Source of the DNA: Raja brachyura
Lineage: Eukaryota
Direction of reading: 5' to 3'
Length of the DNA: 64,000 nucleotides
Assembly: GCA_963514005.1 (NCBI GenBank)
Contig: OY740805.1
Span: 31,496,001-31,560,000 of the forward strand
Shown here piece after piece: positions 12,861 to 26,300 of the stretch. Made by a program: the position numbers and the translations under genes. Under the pieces are notes generated by a model. That model did no database searches. It was not told the origin of the DNA and saw nothing but the letters and a program-made list of their open reading frames with translations. The stretch's first letter is position 1. Each line of letters begins with the position of its first letter.

Positions 12861-13290
12861 ACGCACACACACACACTAATTTTGTGGCCTCCTGCTGGCC
12901 AGCCACCACAACGGCAGCTGCTGCAGCCCGCTTTTCTCCAAAAACGCCGCCACTTTTATTCCCCGCGGCCGATTATCCCTGGCGATTCGGCTCCCGATTT
13001 CACTTCCTCCCGCCGGCCCGGCTCGGCTCCATCACGCTGGCTGAAGACAAAGATCTCCTCTTCCACCGCTGTTTTTCGTGCTCCTAAATACAGCGGGTGA
13101 ACAGTCGATCTTTGCCTTGAGCCAGAGGGAAGGCAGGGACAACTCATTCCACAGTGAGTTCAGTTCGCTAACATTGTAATTGTCAGATTTGATCCGATTA
13201 ATGTGATTGGGGAGGGAGGGGGCTGGTTGTGATTGCCGTGGAGTTCCATCCATGTTTCTTCCGGGGGAGAAAGCGATTCTTCACTAATTA
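12579..13290 (+). mobile_element. Unclassified, possibly non-autonomous Helitron-like element with internal poly-C
   Basis: Begins a|tctatatactattaaaac followed by a (TG)-rich tract, like Helitron-N 5' ends; no clear CTAG 3' end found. Confidence 0.35.
12806..12860. repeat. poly-C tract
   Basis: About 55 consecutive C. Confidence 0.95.
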
Positions 13291-13479
13291 GAACGGCTTC
13301 GACCAAGATCCACGAAAAAAAATAATTCTTAATGACACAGCCAGGTCACGGAAGGGAGAAGAAATATTCGATCTTATGTTCTTAACTTTGCTGGTGAAAA
13401 ATGTAGTAAATTCTTTACGCACTTAGCAGGGGACCCAGCAGAGGTAGGACATGTGATAGAGTGACGGTTCAAAACATGA

Positions 13480-14495
13480 CCTTGGAGTTATGAGCTTTTT
13501 TGGAAATAAGGGCGGAAAGGTATTTCATTCTTGCCGATTTTACTGCTACCTGGTAATGACTTCTTCCTGATAATGACTTTATCACCGCACGTGGATTGGA
13601 CTTACTACTTATCACAGAAACCTGGCTAAATCCTGGTGAGCTTGCTCCACTCGTGGAATTCTGTCCTGACACCTGTAAAGTTTTCAGCTCGCATAGGCTC
13701 TCCGATCGCGGTGTAGCCACTGTATTTAAGAATCATTTCAACAGCCTCCGCATGAACGCTGATCATTTCTCCATTTTGAACATAGTTGGTCTAATCTGTC
13801 CACTTTTAATTGTTCTTGTGTATCGCCCACCAAAAATGCATAAGGATTTATCTCACAATTTGCTGATCTTATCGCTAGCTTGTTGCACAAATTTGACCGA
13901 GTCCTGATTCTTGGTGACTTTAACATTCATGTCCCACAAAGCCTCTTGAGAGTGAATTTATGAACCTGGTTGAGTCATTTTATCTGACTCTACTCACCAC
14001 TGGACCAACGCGCAAGCTTGGCCATACACTAGACCTGGTGCTTTTCTCTGGTCTCCTATGTTTTAATACATAAATTATTTGTGCCTGTCTGTCTGATCAT
14101 AGTGCAATTATATTCGATGCATCTCTCCCGCTCTCTCCCTCAAAATCCCATCTCCCTGCTCGCTACTCCCGCTACGTATATTCTTCGACTGCCAGCAAGT
14201 TCTCTGAGGCTCTCATAGCCACCCGCGACATCTGCAGTATTGAGGCGTCTCCCCTCCATCTCAGCACTGACGATCTAATGTATTTATTCAACACCACTTG
14301 CTCTTCCATCTTGGATTCTGTTGCTCCTCTAAAAATGAAAACGCCTAGGCCTAAAGGCTGGCAGTGGCTCAATGACACCAACAGAACCCTAAGAAGAGAG
14401 TGCAGAAAATCAGAACGGAAGTACAAATCTGAGAAGCTTCAAATTTCCTTTGAACTTATGAAAAACAATATTCACAAATACCAACACACACGTGT
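13480..14495 (+). mobile_element. L2/CR1-clade LINE ORF2 AP-endonuclease fragment, frameshifted
   Basis: DLLLITETWL, LVYRPPK, ILGDFNIH, GPT..LGHTLDLV, LSDH motifs in order. Confidence 0.85.
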
Positions 14496-16374
14496 TTAAG
14501 GGAGAAAATTATTCGACGAATATGGGAACCGATGCGAAGCGTCTTTTGTCCATTCCTTCCACCGATGCTGCCCGGTACATTGAGTTCCTGCAGTATCTGC
14601 AGTTTCTTGCCAATCGCGCATTTTAGACGTGCTCGATAACGCAGTGAATGAAAGTGTGCCTACCCACGGAATAATAGCCAACGCGTATGTCTTCCTTACT
14701 TCGCAAGGCACGCAAGCGGGAATCGCGCTTTCACGCGAGAACAGTAAAATACTGCAATCAAGGCCACTGGGATTTCAAAATGCCTTGGAGATTTACAAGG
14801 GCAGAGAGAAAGTAGGAAAGGTTTCACTATAGGTCTTCGCGGGTTTCAGGAGGCACCTGGTTTGTACATTGGCAAAATAACTATTTCCCTTTCTTGGCTC
14901 AAAATAAAACAAGCGCATTGATTGGAGATAAAATCAGAGATTATCAAACTGAAGTACCTTGCCATGTTTACAAGTAACGGTGGCCTGAAGCGATACTGAA
15001 AGCGCGATACGGAGGAGAATTGCTGGAAACTTATTGTAATTATTGGCATACCATTAAAGGTGACATCGAAGGTTTAGTATAATGGTGGGGGAAGGGAATA
15101 AACATCTCGAGGTAATGTTGAGCGCAATTTATTTAATTTAGGCTACACGTTTTGCTGAATATAAAAGTGATTAGAACAAATATGACACATCGGTGATGTT
15201 TGAATCAATATATATTGATCGCAAATGCGATCTTGCTGTCTGGACGTGCTAAAGTGTGGCGAACAAAGGCTATGGTATGTTATTTGTGGCAAATCTAATG
15301 CAATGAGCACTGCATCTTTGTATACACAGACAGAAACCTGTGTAGAACGAAATGATGGCGGAAAACCGTTATCTACTTCTCTGTAGAATAGTCTTGGAGA
15401 AATAATATATCCGAAACAAAATTGCTTTGTGGTATCGTGTCAAGCATATTTAGCTGTTAAATATTTAAGATTTGATGCAGGATGGCGAATGCAAACGATT
15501 AAATTTGTGTATCTGCACCAAAATAGAAACGCATATTTTATTTTTCCATTCAGACAATCACCGAACCTGCCAAAACTCCAAATGTTGGATGGATGAACTG
15601 ATCAGTTGAACTGTCAGTTGAACTATCAACTGATAGTTAAATACACTGTGAGTGAATATAAATACGGGAGAAGATTAGGTAGATAGTCAGTTAATGTTAT
15701 TGAGCTTTCCCGTCGCTTTAACCTAACATATTTTTATGCGTAATGGGCTTTCAATATTTTATTGGAAGCATTTGTACAAAAAACTTGATAATTTTACAGC
15801 TTTGTGAAGAGCTTCAATTTTAACACTTTCCACAAGAACATTGAATTAAAAAAAGAGAGAAAGCATAAGAGAGAGAAAAGAGAAGAAAGAAGAGGGGAGA
15901 TATACCCGTCGATCCACCCATACGCCCGTTCACACAACTGTACGAGTAACTTCCAATTTGTGTTCAAATATTGTGTTGCTCGAGAAAATCAATAAAATGT
16001 GACCTTATTTTTTTTTTAATTGGTCCAGTTTATTATTCAAGATGAACCTAATTATCTGTAGATATAATGTGTCTTTTATTTCTGTAAACCACATCTTCAC
16101 TGGAGGAACTTCAGCATTTTACCAGAATTTAATTCTGTTTTTTTGCTGATATTAGTCCATCGCCCACAGCGTCGCTGAAAAGCAGTCAATTTACTATATG
16201 CCTCTGATATTCCCAGTATTATCAGTTTTGAGTCTGGCTCTAATGGGATTTTCAGTATGTTGGAGAGGACGCTGAATATTTCCGTCCAAAAACGTTCTAT
16301 TTTTGTACAGATTACAAAACTGTGGGTTAAAGTGGCTTCTTTGACCTAACACTTATGGTCACAGAAAAGGTCAC

Positions 16375-17100
16375 AGAACGGGGAATGTACAGGGACAGTG
16401 TAGAGGGAGTGCCCAGCTTTAAGTTTCTGGGCACACACATCTCAGAGGACCTCACATGGTCCACCAACACCGCTGCGCTGGTCAAAAAGGCACAGCAACG
16501 ACTTCCTAAGAACATTGAAACGGACTGGTCTGCCCCAACAGCTGCTGACGACCTTCTACCGCTGCACGACAGAGAGCATACTAACGTATGGAATCTCTGT
16601 GTGGTATCTCAGCTGCACGGAGGCGGAGAAGAGAGCTCTTCAGCGCGTCGTCCACAGAGCGCAAAATATTATTTTAGACACCGCTACCAGCCTTGTAGAG
16701 CATCTACCCCACACGGTGCCTCAGGAAGGCCGTCAGCATCCATAAAGACTCCTCTCACCCTTATAATCAACTGTTCGAACTACTACCTTCCGGCGGACGT
16801 TAAAAGGCCTTCTACGTCCGCACCTCCAGACTCAGGACAAGCTTCATTCCCAGAGCTATAGCGGCTCTCAACGGGCCCTGAGTGCCCCCCACCCCCATGG
16901 ACTGTCTCCCTCGGATGGTCACGTCGCACAAACACATCTGCACTTCAGTCTGTTTTGACGGTTTACTGTTCTAATTTCCTTTTTACAAACCTTGTTCTCG
17001 GGGTATTTAAACGTAAATGTTATTAGTCGTTTAACTTATGACATCGGATGGAAGTTGCAAACCAAATCTCGTTGCACTTATGTGTAATGACAATAAAATA
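16375..17100 (+). mobile_element. Rex/Babar-like LINE 3' fragment
   Basis: VPSFKFLGTHISEDLTWSTNTAALVKKAQQRL; FYRCTTESILTYGISVWY; ends tgacaataaa followed by a microsatellite tail. Confidence 0.88.

Positions 17101-17181
<81 letters not shown>
17101..17181. repeat. (TAT)n microsatellite, LINE tail
   Basis: Perfect trinucleotide run. Confidence 0.95.
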
Positions 17182-17236
17182 CGCAAAGAGGGGAAACACT
17201 GGTGAAAATGTTGTCCAGTTTCGTTTTATGATTGTA

Positions 17237-17512
17237 TTACCTGTTCAGCGCTTTGAACTGTATCAGGCAATGTCTGGCATTTAAGGAGCAAGTATGGACG
17301 TATTCTAAGCTTTCGTCCCATATATCTTTTGAGATTTGTTGACCCACCTCATATTCCCATGCACGCTTGTAAACATTAGATGATGGGGTGTTGATGTTTT
17401 GAAGAACATTGTATATGTGGGATATCAACTGCTCTGTTTCTGTACGTCTATGCAAACATTCATCGAGTTTATCTGGACTTGCAGTCTTGTAGTCGTGCAT
17501 GTATATTTTCAC
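17237..17512 (-). mobile_element. L1/Tx1-like ORF2 C-terminal fragment
   Basis: KRAWEYEVGQQISKDIW...SLNARHCLIQFK. Confidence 0.75.
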
Positions 17513-19229
17513 ATATACACATTTTATACGCCATGTAATATTTGTAATATACTGTAATGCGTAATATTTATATTAACTCTGATCAAACAAAACAATCATG
17601 CAGTTTCTTTAAATTTCATTTGTTAAACCGTTGTGTGCTATGCAAGTTACAAATTGTAAAATAATAGAAAAAATGTCAACATTTTTATACTTATGTAATT
17701 GTCAATGGAGCTAGCGTGACCGTGAACGCAATTGCACACAAGTGGACACATTCGGGATGTACTTCCTGGAATAAAATGTGCACTTGCAATATATTTTGCT
17801 ACATGTTAAACAACAATTGAGCTCCGCAAATGACAAACTCGAAAGGAATCTGCCTTTGTTTAATTTATATATTTCAGAATCGAATACTTCGTGTACTTCT
17901 GTAAACTTCAAAGACCTTTGGAGGACGGTAGGTACATATACGTAATTGGGGTGTACACGATGGAGAATGTAAGGGGACATTAAGACTGTTGTGTGTCTAA
18001 ATGTGAGAGAGGACCGTGCACATTTATATAGTCCAAACGTTCTCGTGTTGCTCGATTTGATAGTTTAAAATCGTCACCCGGCGTAAATATTCGTGGTTGG
18101 AACCAGCGTTTGCAATGACAATGGATTACACGACAGCTCACTGACATTAATGAAATGCAATTATCGTAATTCAGAGTTGCTCGACAGTGCATTTCGCCTT
18201 CTTTACCTAATTTGCATAAGACACTAACATTCGCTGCATTGTGGAATTTGGTGAAATCCCTTGCCCCGAGAGAAATGGCCGTGAGCGGAAATGCTTTGCG
18301 GCATTCCGCCTGTAACTGAACGCCAATGTAAACAAGAAATTAATATAGGAAACCAAATTCAAAGCATTTCAAATTTGCTTACATTGTATGAGAATTTAGC
18401 AATGAAAAGACGAATTTAAGTATAACTGGAACAATACAACATTTATACAATTCGTTGCTATTACGTCTGTCAATAATCAGACTTCCAGAATTGTAATAGT
18501 AATTATAATCAGCTTGCAGAGAGTTCAGTGCAATTAATATCTTCAAACATCTCGGGGAGCGGTTAATCTCCAATTGACACAGCCTCGTCGAAACAGCTCT
18601 CCGAAGTCCACTGTGATAAAAAAATAAGCATTAATATCAATACAGTTTGGATTTTTAGAATGTGCACGTCCATCCTCTCGTGAAAGCAAAATACAACAGT
18701 TGTTCGGCCAGTGATTATTTCAAGCATCGCCTTCAAAGGGTGATGTTGCCACTTACATAGTGCATGCCCCTCTGAAAGACAGGTTAGCGAGCAATATCGT
18801 TCCACGTTCAGTTATTTGTAACCAGCAGAAAGGAGAGACGTTTGCACATTATTCAAATGCAAACGTAGAATTATATTCAATTATAGAAAGTCAACGAGCA
18901 TTTCAAATGCGATAAGGAAATGTGCCGCTATTCTCTATTAAAGTTTACAATATATACTGGTAATTCACAAATATCTTCCAGATAAACAACAGTTTACACA
19001 TTGGTAATGCACACAAAAGCGCCTCACTCCACGGGTACTCGTTTTAATTCATGGTGTGAGACGAATTCCATTCTCTCACCTTTTTTTCCTCTCTCCACTG
19101 AAATACCATTTCTTTTGATTTTCCAATTTTAGTTTTATTCCATCGTGTTCTTAGAGTTTCATTCCCTCCTTAAACAACGTGGCGAAATGCGAGCAACCCG
19201 TGGAACATTGCCTCTATTCAAAAATATGC

Positions 19230-20160
19230 GTCATTCATTTGGATGAAAAACGACATGGCATGATTAGCACGTTTGCAGATGACACGGAATTGGGTAGTGT
19301 TGTAGATGGTGAAGGTGATTGGCACAATTTGCAGCAGGATCTTGAAAGTTTAGCGAGATGGTCTGAGGCATGGTTGATAGAATGTAATACAGAAATATTT
19401 AACATTTTGGGATGACTTGCATGACAGGACCGACACAACGAATGGTAGAGCTCAGGCGATTGTTATTGAGCATAGGGATACACTAGTGCAGGTACAGGAT
19501 GCGTTGAAAGTGGCATCACAGGAAGACTGGGTGGTCAAAAAGGCTTTTGGCACATTGGCCTTTATCCGTCAGGGTACTAAGTATAACAGTTGGGCGTTCA
19601 TTTTGTCATTATATGGGACGTTGGTGAGGTCGTATTCAGAGTGTGGTGTTCATAACTGGGATCCATGTTATAGGGAAGATGTTTGTCAAATTGGAAAGGG
19701 TGCAGAGAAGATGTACAAGGATGTTGCATGGGCTCGAAGGCCTGGGCTATTCAGAGGGGTTGAGCAGGCTTGGACTCACTTCCTTGGAGTGCAGGAGGAT
19801 AAGCGGCGATCTTATGGAAATCACGAGAAGCATAGATCGGGTACACGCAAAGGGCCTCTTCCCTAGCGTAGGGCAATCGTGAAACCATAGGTTTAAGGCG
19901 AGGGGAATATGAAATAGGAACCTATTTTCACAGAAAGGGTGATGGGAGTTGGGAACGAGTTGTCGGAGGAGATAATTGTTGCAGGTACAATCGCATGTTT
20001 AAGGAACATTTACAGTAGAAAGGTACAGGGATATGAGATGTTTAGAAATGTATGGGTTTAACTCAGCCAGATGGGACTAGTGTAGATGGGATATGATAGT
20101 CACTGTGGGCAACTTTGGCCGTAGGGCTTGATTCTACTGTGTATGACTCTGTGACACTAT
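19230..20160 (+). mobile_element. CR1-like LINE 3' fragment, degenerate
   Basis: ISTFADDTELG, LYGTLVRS, LERVQRR motifs. Confidence 0.85.
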
Positions 20161-20267
20161 AACAACAAATCTCTAGATTTAACGTCTTAAAATGAAAATC
20201 AGTGGATGAAATGTGTCAGCATTTCCACTTTGTTTTATTCTCCATTTGCAACAGACGGGAAGTGACC

Positions 20268-20349
20268 ATGAATGTTACTGTTCATCGTTTGATACATTTA
20301 CTACATTTCCTCCTGGTGTTCGCAACCATTTTACGTCAAAATGTTGCAA
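20268..20349 (+). CDS. Gene B first coding exon, signal-peptide-like ([27 protein letters not shown])
   Basis: Strong acceptor tgttttattctccatttgcaacag ending 20254; gaccATG with A at -3; hydrophobic core [15 protein letters not shown]; phase-1 donor gttcga at 20350 (alternative phase-1 donor gtatct at 20359). Both donors are weak. Confidence 0.6.
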
Positions 20350-23300
20350 GTTCGATTCGTATCTGATGAAGTATTGCAATGGAATTTCTGGGTTTACATA
20401 TATATGGAATTGCAGTTGTGAATATAACCACTGTTTTATCCATTGCTCGCGATTTACAAACGAAGTTCATTGGAGGAACGAGGTATACTTTTTTACTTTT
20501 CTCTTTATAATTCTTACTTCTGAAACAGACGTGGTAGCTTTTGCTGGTACAGATACGTTGAATTATGTAAATCGATGTATCTGTCCTGTACTTTTCTTAG
20601 CACAGCATAAGGACTGCTTTGCTCAATTTGTACCATCTCTGAGGTCTTGTTCTACTCACTGGGAGTACATCATTGCAAGCCAAGATCCGATTTAATTATT
20701 TCCTCATAATTGTACTTTGCATTTAAATTAGGAAACTATTATTAATATTACATTGGCACATTTCTCAAACAAATTTGGCGATTTGATGAAATACTAGCAA
20801 AATATAAACATAAAACTATTTTCACTTTGCACGATAGAGTAAGTGGTGTCGGTCGTTATTTTCCATTTAACCATACAACCATATGACAATTACAGCACGG
20901 AAACAGGCCTTCTCGGCCCTACCAGTCCGTGCGGATCATTTATTTTCCCTTAGTTCCATCTACCTGCACTCAGACCATACCCCTCCATCCCTTCCCGTCC
21001 ATATACCTATCCACTTTACTTTTAAATGTTAAAATCGATCCTGTCTCCACCACTTCTGCTGGAAGATCATTCCACACAGCCACCACTCATTGAGTAACGA
21101 AGTTCCCCCTCATGTTACTCCTAAACATATGTCCCTTAATTCTCATGTCATCCCCTCTTGTTTGAATCATCCCTACCCTCAATGGGAAAATGTTTTCCAC
21201 GTCAACCCTGTCTATCCGTTTCATCATTTTAAAGACCTCAATCAAGTCCCCCCTTAACCTTCTGCGCTCCAAAGAATAAAGGCCTAACTTCTTCAACCTT
21301 TCTCTGTAACTTAGCTGCTGGAACCCAGGCAACATTCTAGTAAATCTCCTCTGTACTCTCTGTATTTTGTTGACATGTTATGTTATTTATTAGCTGTTTT
21401 TCTCTTCATTGTTGTGTCGAGGATATATAATGTTTCAAACTAAAACAGCTAGCTGGAACAACAGGAATATAATTGTCACATAATCTTTGTTTTCAGCGCA
21501 TTGTTTAAAATGTTGCCCAAAAATGTATATTTCGCTGTGGGCCTACAAAAACCTACTGAATGAACATAATATGTTTCATCGCTTTTCAGTTCCATACTTG
21601 AAAAACGAGAAAAAAGGAAGAGAATCATAATATTTACATTGTAACGTAACAAATTACATTTTCATTTCTACAACAGCAATGGCAGCACCGTCTGATCAAT
21701 ATATCAAAACGGAACCAGAAGATGGCGATGAAAAGAAGAGAGATGACTTGCACATTGGACATGAACGAAAGTTCAAATCCTTTAACGCAAAAGGTAATTA
21801 GGTGTGGATGATTCACTGGTATTCGTTAAAATGTCGTACTATTTGTAGTGCAATCTTGTTTTGAAAAATCCGTTGCAATTTCTATCTTAAGATAGTTTTT
21901 GAATAACGTCCATAAATATTGCAAATAAAAATCAAATAGGGTTTATCAAAAAAACGCAGCAAAACAAATTGTAAAATATAATGTGGTCCAGATTTCATAG
22001 AATAATGTTTTGAGTTGCCCGAGTTTGCAATGACAATCTGAACAACATTCGAAAAGCCAGCGGCGGATCTCGCTACTGTTTATCTGAGAGAATAAAATCT
22101 ACCCCATGAATTAACGTCTATTTACATATAAACCAATAGAATATACTAATTATCAAGACCAACACACAACCACCTCTCCACAACCGCTTCCCCACTTCCC
22201 CATAACCACCTCTCAACTTTAACTATCCGATGTGTTTCCAATTTCAGGATTGCTTTATTTAACGTATACGATTCATCATGACAATTCATCAGTTTGCGAT
22301 ACTCATCCACCAAAAGAGAGCCCGAATATATCACGTGCAGTTATGCCCAATGCCGATACTATCCAAGGATTACCTCTGTCCAAAGTACTACCACTGTTTC
22401 GATGTCAATGCAGCTTCAATAGATCGAGGTGCATTGAAGTATTTTGTACAATATACAAAATAAGCATTTTTGGTGTATTGGCGAAGGATGAACTTCAGTG
22501 CGAGATAGTCAATTAAAGTAATTAATATTCACCACATCAGCGAATGGACGTCACGTTTATGTTACTAAACCTTTATTGATCACCAAATTTGTACGCTTAT
22601 ATCAGAAATTCGGAATCGAGAAGAGAATGTCTTCTTTAACGTAATCATAATTATCATAATCATAATAGTATTTTACTAGCCAAGTATGTTTGCAACATAC
22701 GAGGTATTTAATTTATCATACAGTATTACAAATAAAGAGCAACAAGACAGCCAAATACTTTTTTTAACATGAACATCCACCACAGTGACTCCTCCACGTT
22801 CCGCACCGTGATGGAAGGCAAAAAAAAGTTCAACCTTCTTCCCTTTTTGGGCTGTTAGGGCACTCGTACTTTCCATTGCCGGGGCGATCTTGGCTCCCGC
22901 AACCGGCGGTCGAGCCTTCCGCGTCGGCGCGATCACGCTCCCACATCAGGATGATCTCAGTTCCCCCGCGCCCCACGATCAGAACCCGGGGCCGGTCTAG
23001 TCGAACCTCCTGCGACTTTGAAACTTCTCGACATCAGCCTCTACCCGAGACGTCGATCTCCTCGATGTTGAAATCCGCAGGCCGCGGTTGGAGCGTCAAT
23101 CCCAGGCAAGGGGTTGTCGGCTCCGGTAGTACGTCAACGACCCCGAGGTGGGGCTCATAGTCAGTCTCGAGCACGGCCGCCAGTTCCATGATGTTAGGCC
23201 GCAGAGTGTCCGGAGACACGACCCAGAAAATAATCGTATATCCGGTAAGGTAAGAGATTGAACAATGTTTCCGCCGACCCCCTCTCCCACCTCCCAGGCA

Positions 23301-26300
23301 AAACAAACCAAATAACATGAACACATACCTTTAAAACACACTAAAAATATTTTTTGAAAACGACGAAAAGACAGACACACTGTTGGCGAGGCTCCCATGG
23401 ATGACGGCGCCACCCGGTGTACATAATGTATGCTATTGTGCTCTCCGTAGCATTATGACTATGTAGTAGTATGCTTAGGAGTTCAGAATTCCCAATTGCT
23501 TGGAAACTGTAACACAGTGAGGAAATGGGGTTATTGCAACAATTTAGCAAAGTGATCATTTTTCTGAGCAGATGAATAGTATGTTGGCGAAATGCTAATT
23601 TTCTGATCCTCTTAAAATATCTAGAAATTATTCTTATGTTGTTAATTTTAATTTCTGAATTCTGCTTATTTTTTGGAATCGATTCTTATCTGGGTCGTCG
23701 TACAGAATTATGGACAATTCTATTCCAATTTTGCTATAACATAACTCTTAATTTATGATGATAGAATTACGCCAGAAAAGTGAGACGATTACTTTCACGA
23801 GGCTCCATCCTAAATTTGAGATATAAGGTATTTTGCGCAGTCGTTGGAAGGCTAAAGATAGAGTAAGATCGTTTGTTTAGCTGGTGTACATTGTGCATTT
23901 TAGTTCAGAGCAAGAGAGCACGAACGACGCCATTACACATTATCATATGTAGGTGCATTGGTTAAATGTGTAACATTGGACTTTCATTATGCGCTCAATA
24001 ATTTAAAGATAAAACTCTTACCCCTCCTCAAAACAAGGTTTATTTTTCTCTGTTATTAATAAACAATATTTTCATTAACCCTCCTAAAGAAAACGGTATT
24101 ATCGAACAGATGCCATCAAAGACTCAGTTTCGTTATGACAGTTCGTTTTGCCTTTGTATCCAATATTAGTTCTGATTATATCGAATGTAAATTCGCTTTA
24201 CATTTTTGCAATGTGAGCATTGACAAATGCAAATTCGGTATCCAGGGTTCCATTCAATGGGTAGTACGACTATGGACTTTGGGCATACATTTCAAGTGTC
24301 ATGTCTGTGCATTACAGATATCGCAGACTTGGTGGACAGTTTAAAAAATGCAGGTAAGACGTAAAGGGTAACGTCACTAATGCGGGGAGGGAGATATTCA
24401 AATGTTACTAATACCTTCTTTATATGATTGTGTTTCTATGGTAGCATTTTCTCAAAGATGCGCATGTCCAAAAATCGTGATATAAGTAAAGTAAAAAGGG
24501 GAAAACATCCCCGCATATTGTCAACTAGCTACTAACGATGCCAAACGATTTTCTGGTTAGATATCATAAAACGGGTATTTTACCTATGAATGTTGAAACT
24601 AAATGCATACACTGTAGTCAACACTCTCGACAACGGGAAAGAAAATAAACATATTTGGAGGATTGCTGACATTTGTTCTCCCGCCTGCATTATTTTCTTT
24701 CAGAAGCCGTACTTAGCGAAAAGGAGGAAGGTGTGTTATTATGTGGACCGTAAAGACTACGGATGCTTCAATCTTGACCAAATAACGAACTACCAGAAGA
24801 TCTCAACGAGTCAGGCATCATCTGTAGAGGGAATCATTCTGATGAAGTGTCCGGGCCCTAACATTGGCAGTCTGAAGAATGATTCCGACCCAAAAAGTCG
24901 CCTATCTATTTCCTGATTACCTGTTTCCGCTGAGTTCCTCCTCCGCGCCTGACCACTTGAGTTATGTATGTTTTTGCTGAAGGTAAATTAATTCAAAGTT
25001 CACCAACTAAAGCAAATCCGGGCGAATAAAGCATCATGACAACATAAGAAAAAATCCTAACATTGCGATCCAACTGCCTCGGCGTTTGTTGTAGGATATC
25101 CGGTATACTGCAAATGGTATTTTCGGTCAGACAATATCAAAATCATTCACTGTTGTCACTGTCCAGATGTCAAGTACGAGCCACATCATTGGAGCCTACC
25201 AGGGAGAAGGAAAATCTGGATTTAGTGTTATGTAATGAACCGGATTTCACAAAGGACCTCGAGGTTAATGAGCCATTAGAAGGCAGTGACCATAACATGG
25301 CCAGGTCTAATCTACAATTGGAGAGGGAGAAGAGAAGATTGGAGATGTCATTGTTGCAGTTGAATAAAGGGGACTTCGGGCCATGAGGGAGGAGCTGGCC
25401 AAAGTTGACTGGCAGATACACTAGCTGGGATGACAGTGGAGCAAAAATGGCAGGTGTTTGTAGGAATAATACAGAAGGTGCAGGATCAGTTCATTTCTAG
25501 GAGGAAGAAAGATTCCAAGGGAAGAAAGGGACGACCATGGCTGTCAGGGGACGTCAAGTGCAGTATAAAGATTAAAGTGAAGAAGTACAACGTAGCAAAG
25601 ATGAGCATGTCCACAAATCGTGATAGAAGTAAAGTAATAAGGGGAAAACATCCCCGCATATCCCCCGAAAAAAGAGGATTGGGTAATGTTTCAAGAACAG
25701 AAGACAACCAAAAATACAATACGGGGAGAAAAGATGAGGTACGAAGGTAAGGTAGCCAAGAATAAAAAGCAGGATAGTAAAAGCTTCCTTAGGTATGTGA
25801 AGAGGAAGAAAATAGTTAAGACCAAAGTTGGATCCTTGTCTACCGAAAAATGTGAATTTATCATGGGGAACAAGGAAATGGCAGACGTTGAACAGGTACA
25901 TTGGATCTGTCTTCACTAAGGAAGACACGAACAATCTTCCCGATATAGTAGTGGTGAGAGGATCAGGGGTGAGAGAGGAACTGAAGCAAATCGAGATTAA
26001 GCAGGAAATGGTGTTGAATAGACTGATGGGACTGAAGGCTGATCAATCCCCAGGGCTTGATGGTCTGCATCCCAGGGTACTTAAGGAAGTGGCTCTGGAA
26101 ATCTTAGGAGATCAGAATTAGAAATACATCGATATATGCAATTCCAAACGAAATTCCGTTGCATTTGGCTCTGCGTGCAACGCAATAAGAAACAGAAGGA
26201 TAAAATGGATTAAAATATAAATTGGAACAAAAGATAAAATAGACAATGTTGGCAGCCCATTACATGGCATTCAGGAGTCTGTTGGCTCGTGGGAAGAAGC

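Noticed and set aside
12542-13100. Poly-proline ORFs
   Set aside because: Artefact of the poly-C tract.
17048-17284. Poly-isoleucine TM-like ORF
   Set aside because: Translation of the (TAT)n LINE tail.
17878-17927. Exon-like segment (atttcag|..|gtaggt)
   Set aside because: 50 nt with no heptad pattern. It could be a 5' UTR exon of gene B, but there is no support.
18982-19003. 22-nt AG..GT segment that could link gene A to the leader exon
   Set aside because: Joining it to 20255 creates TGA, so it is not a coding bridge.
19155-19178. 24-nt candidate exon (EFHSLLKQ)
   Set aside because: Good acceptor but a very poor donor (gtggcg), and isolated from other exons.
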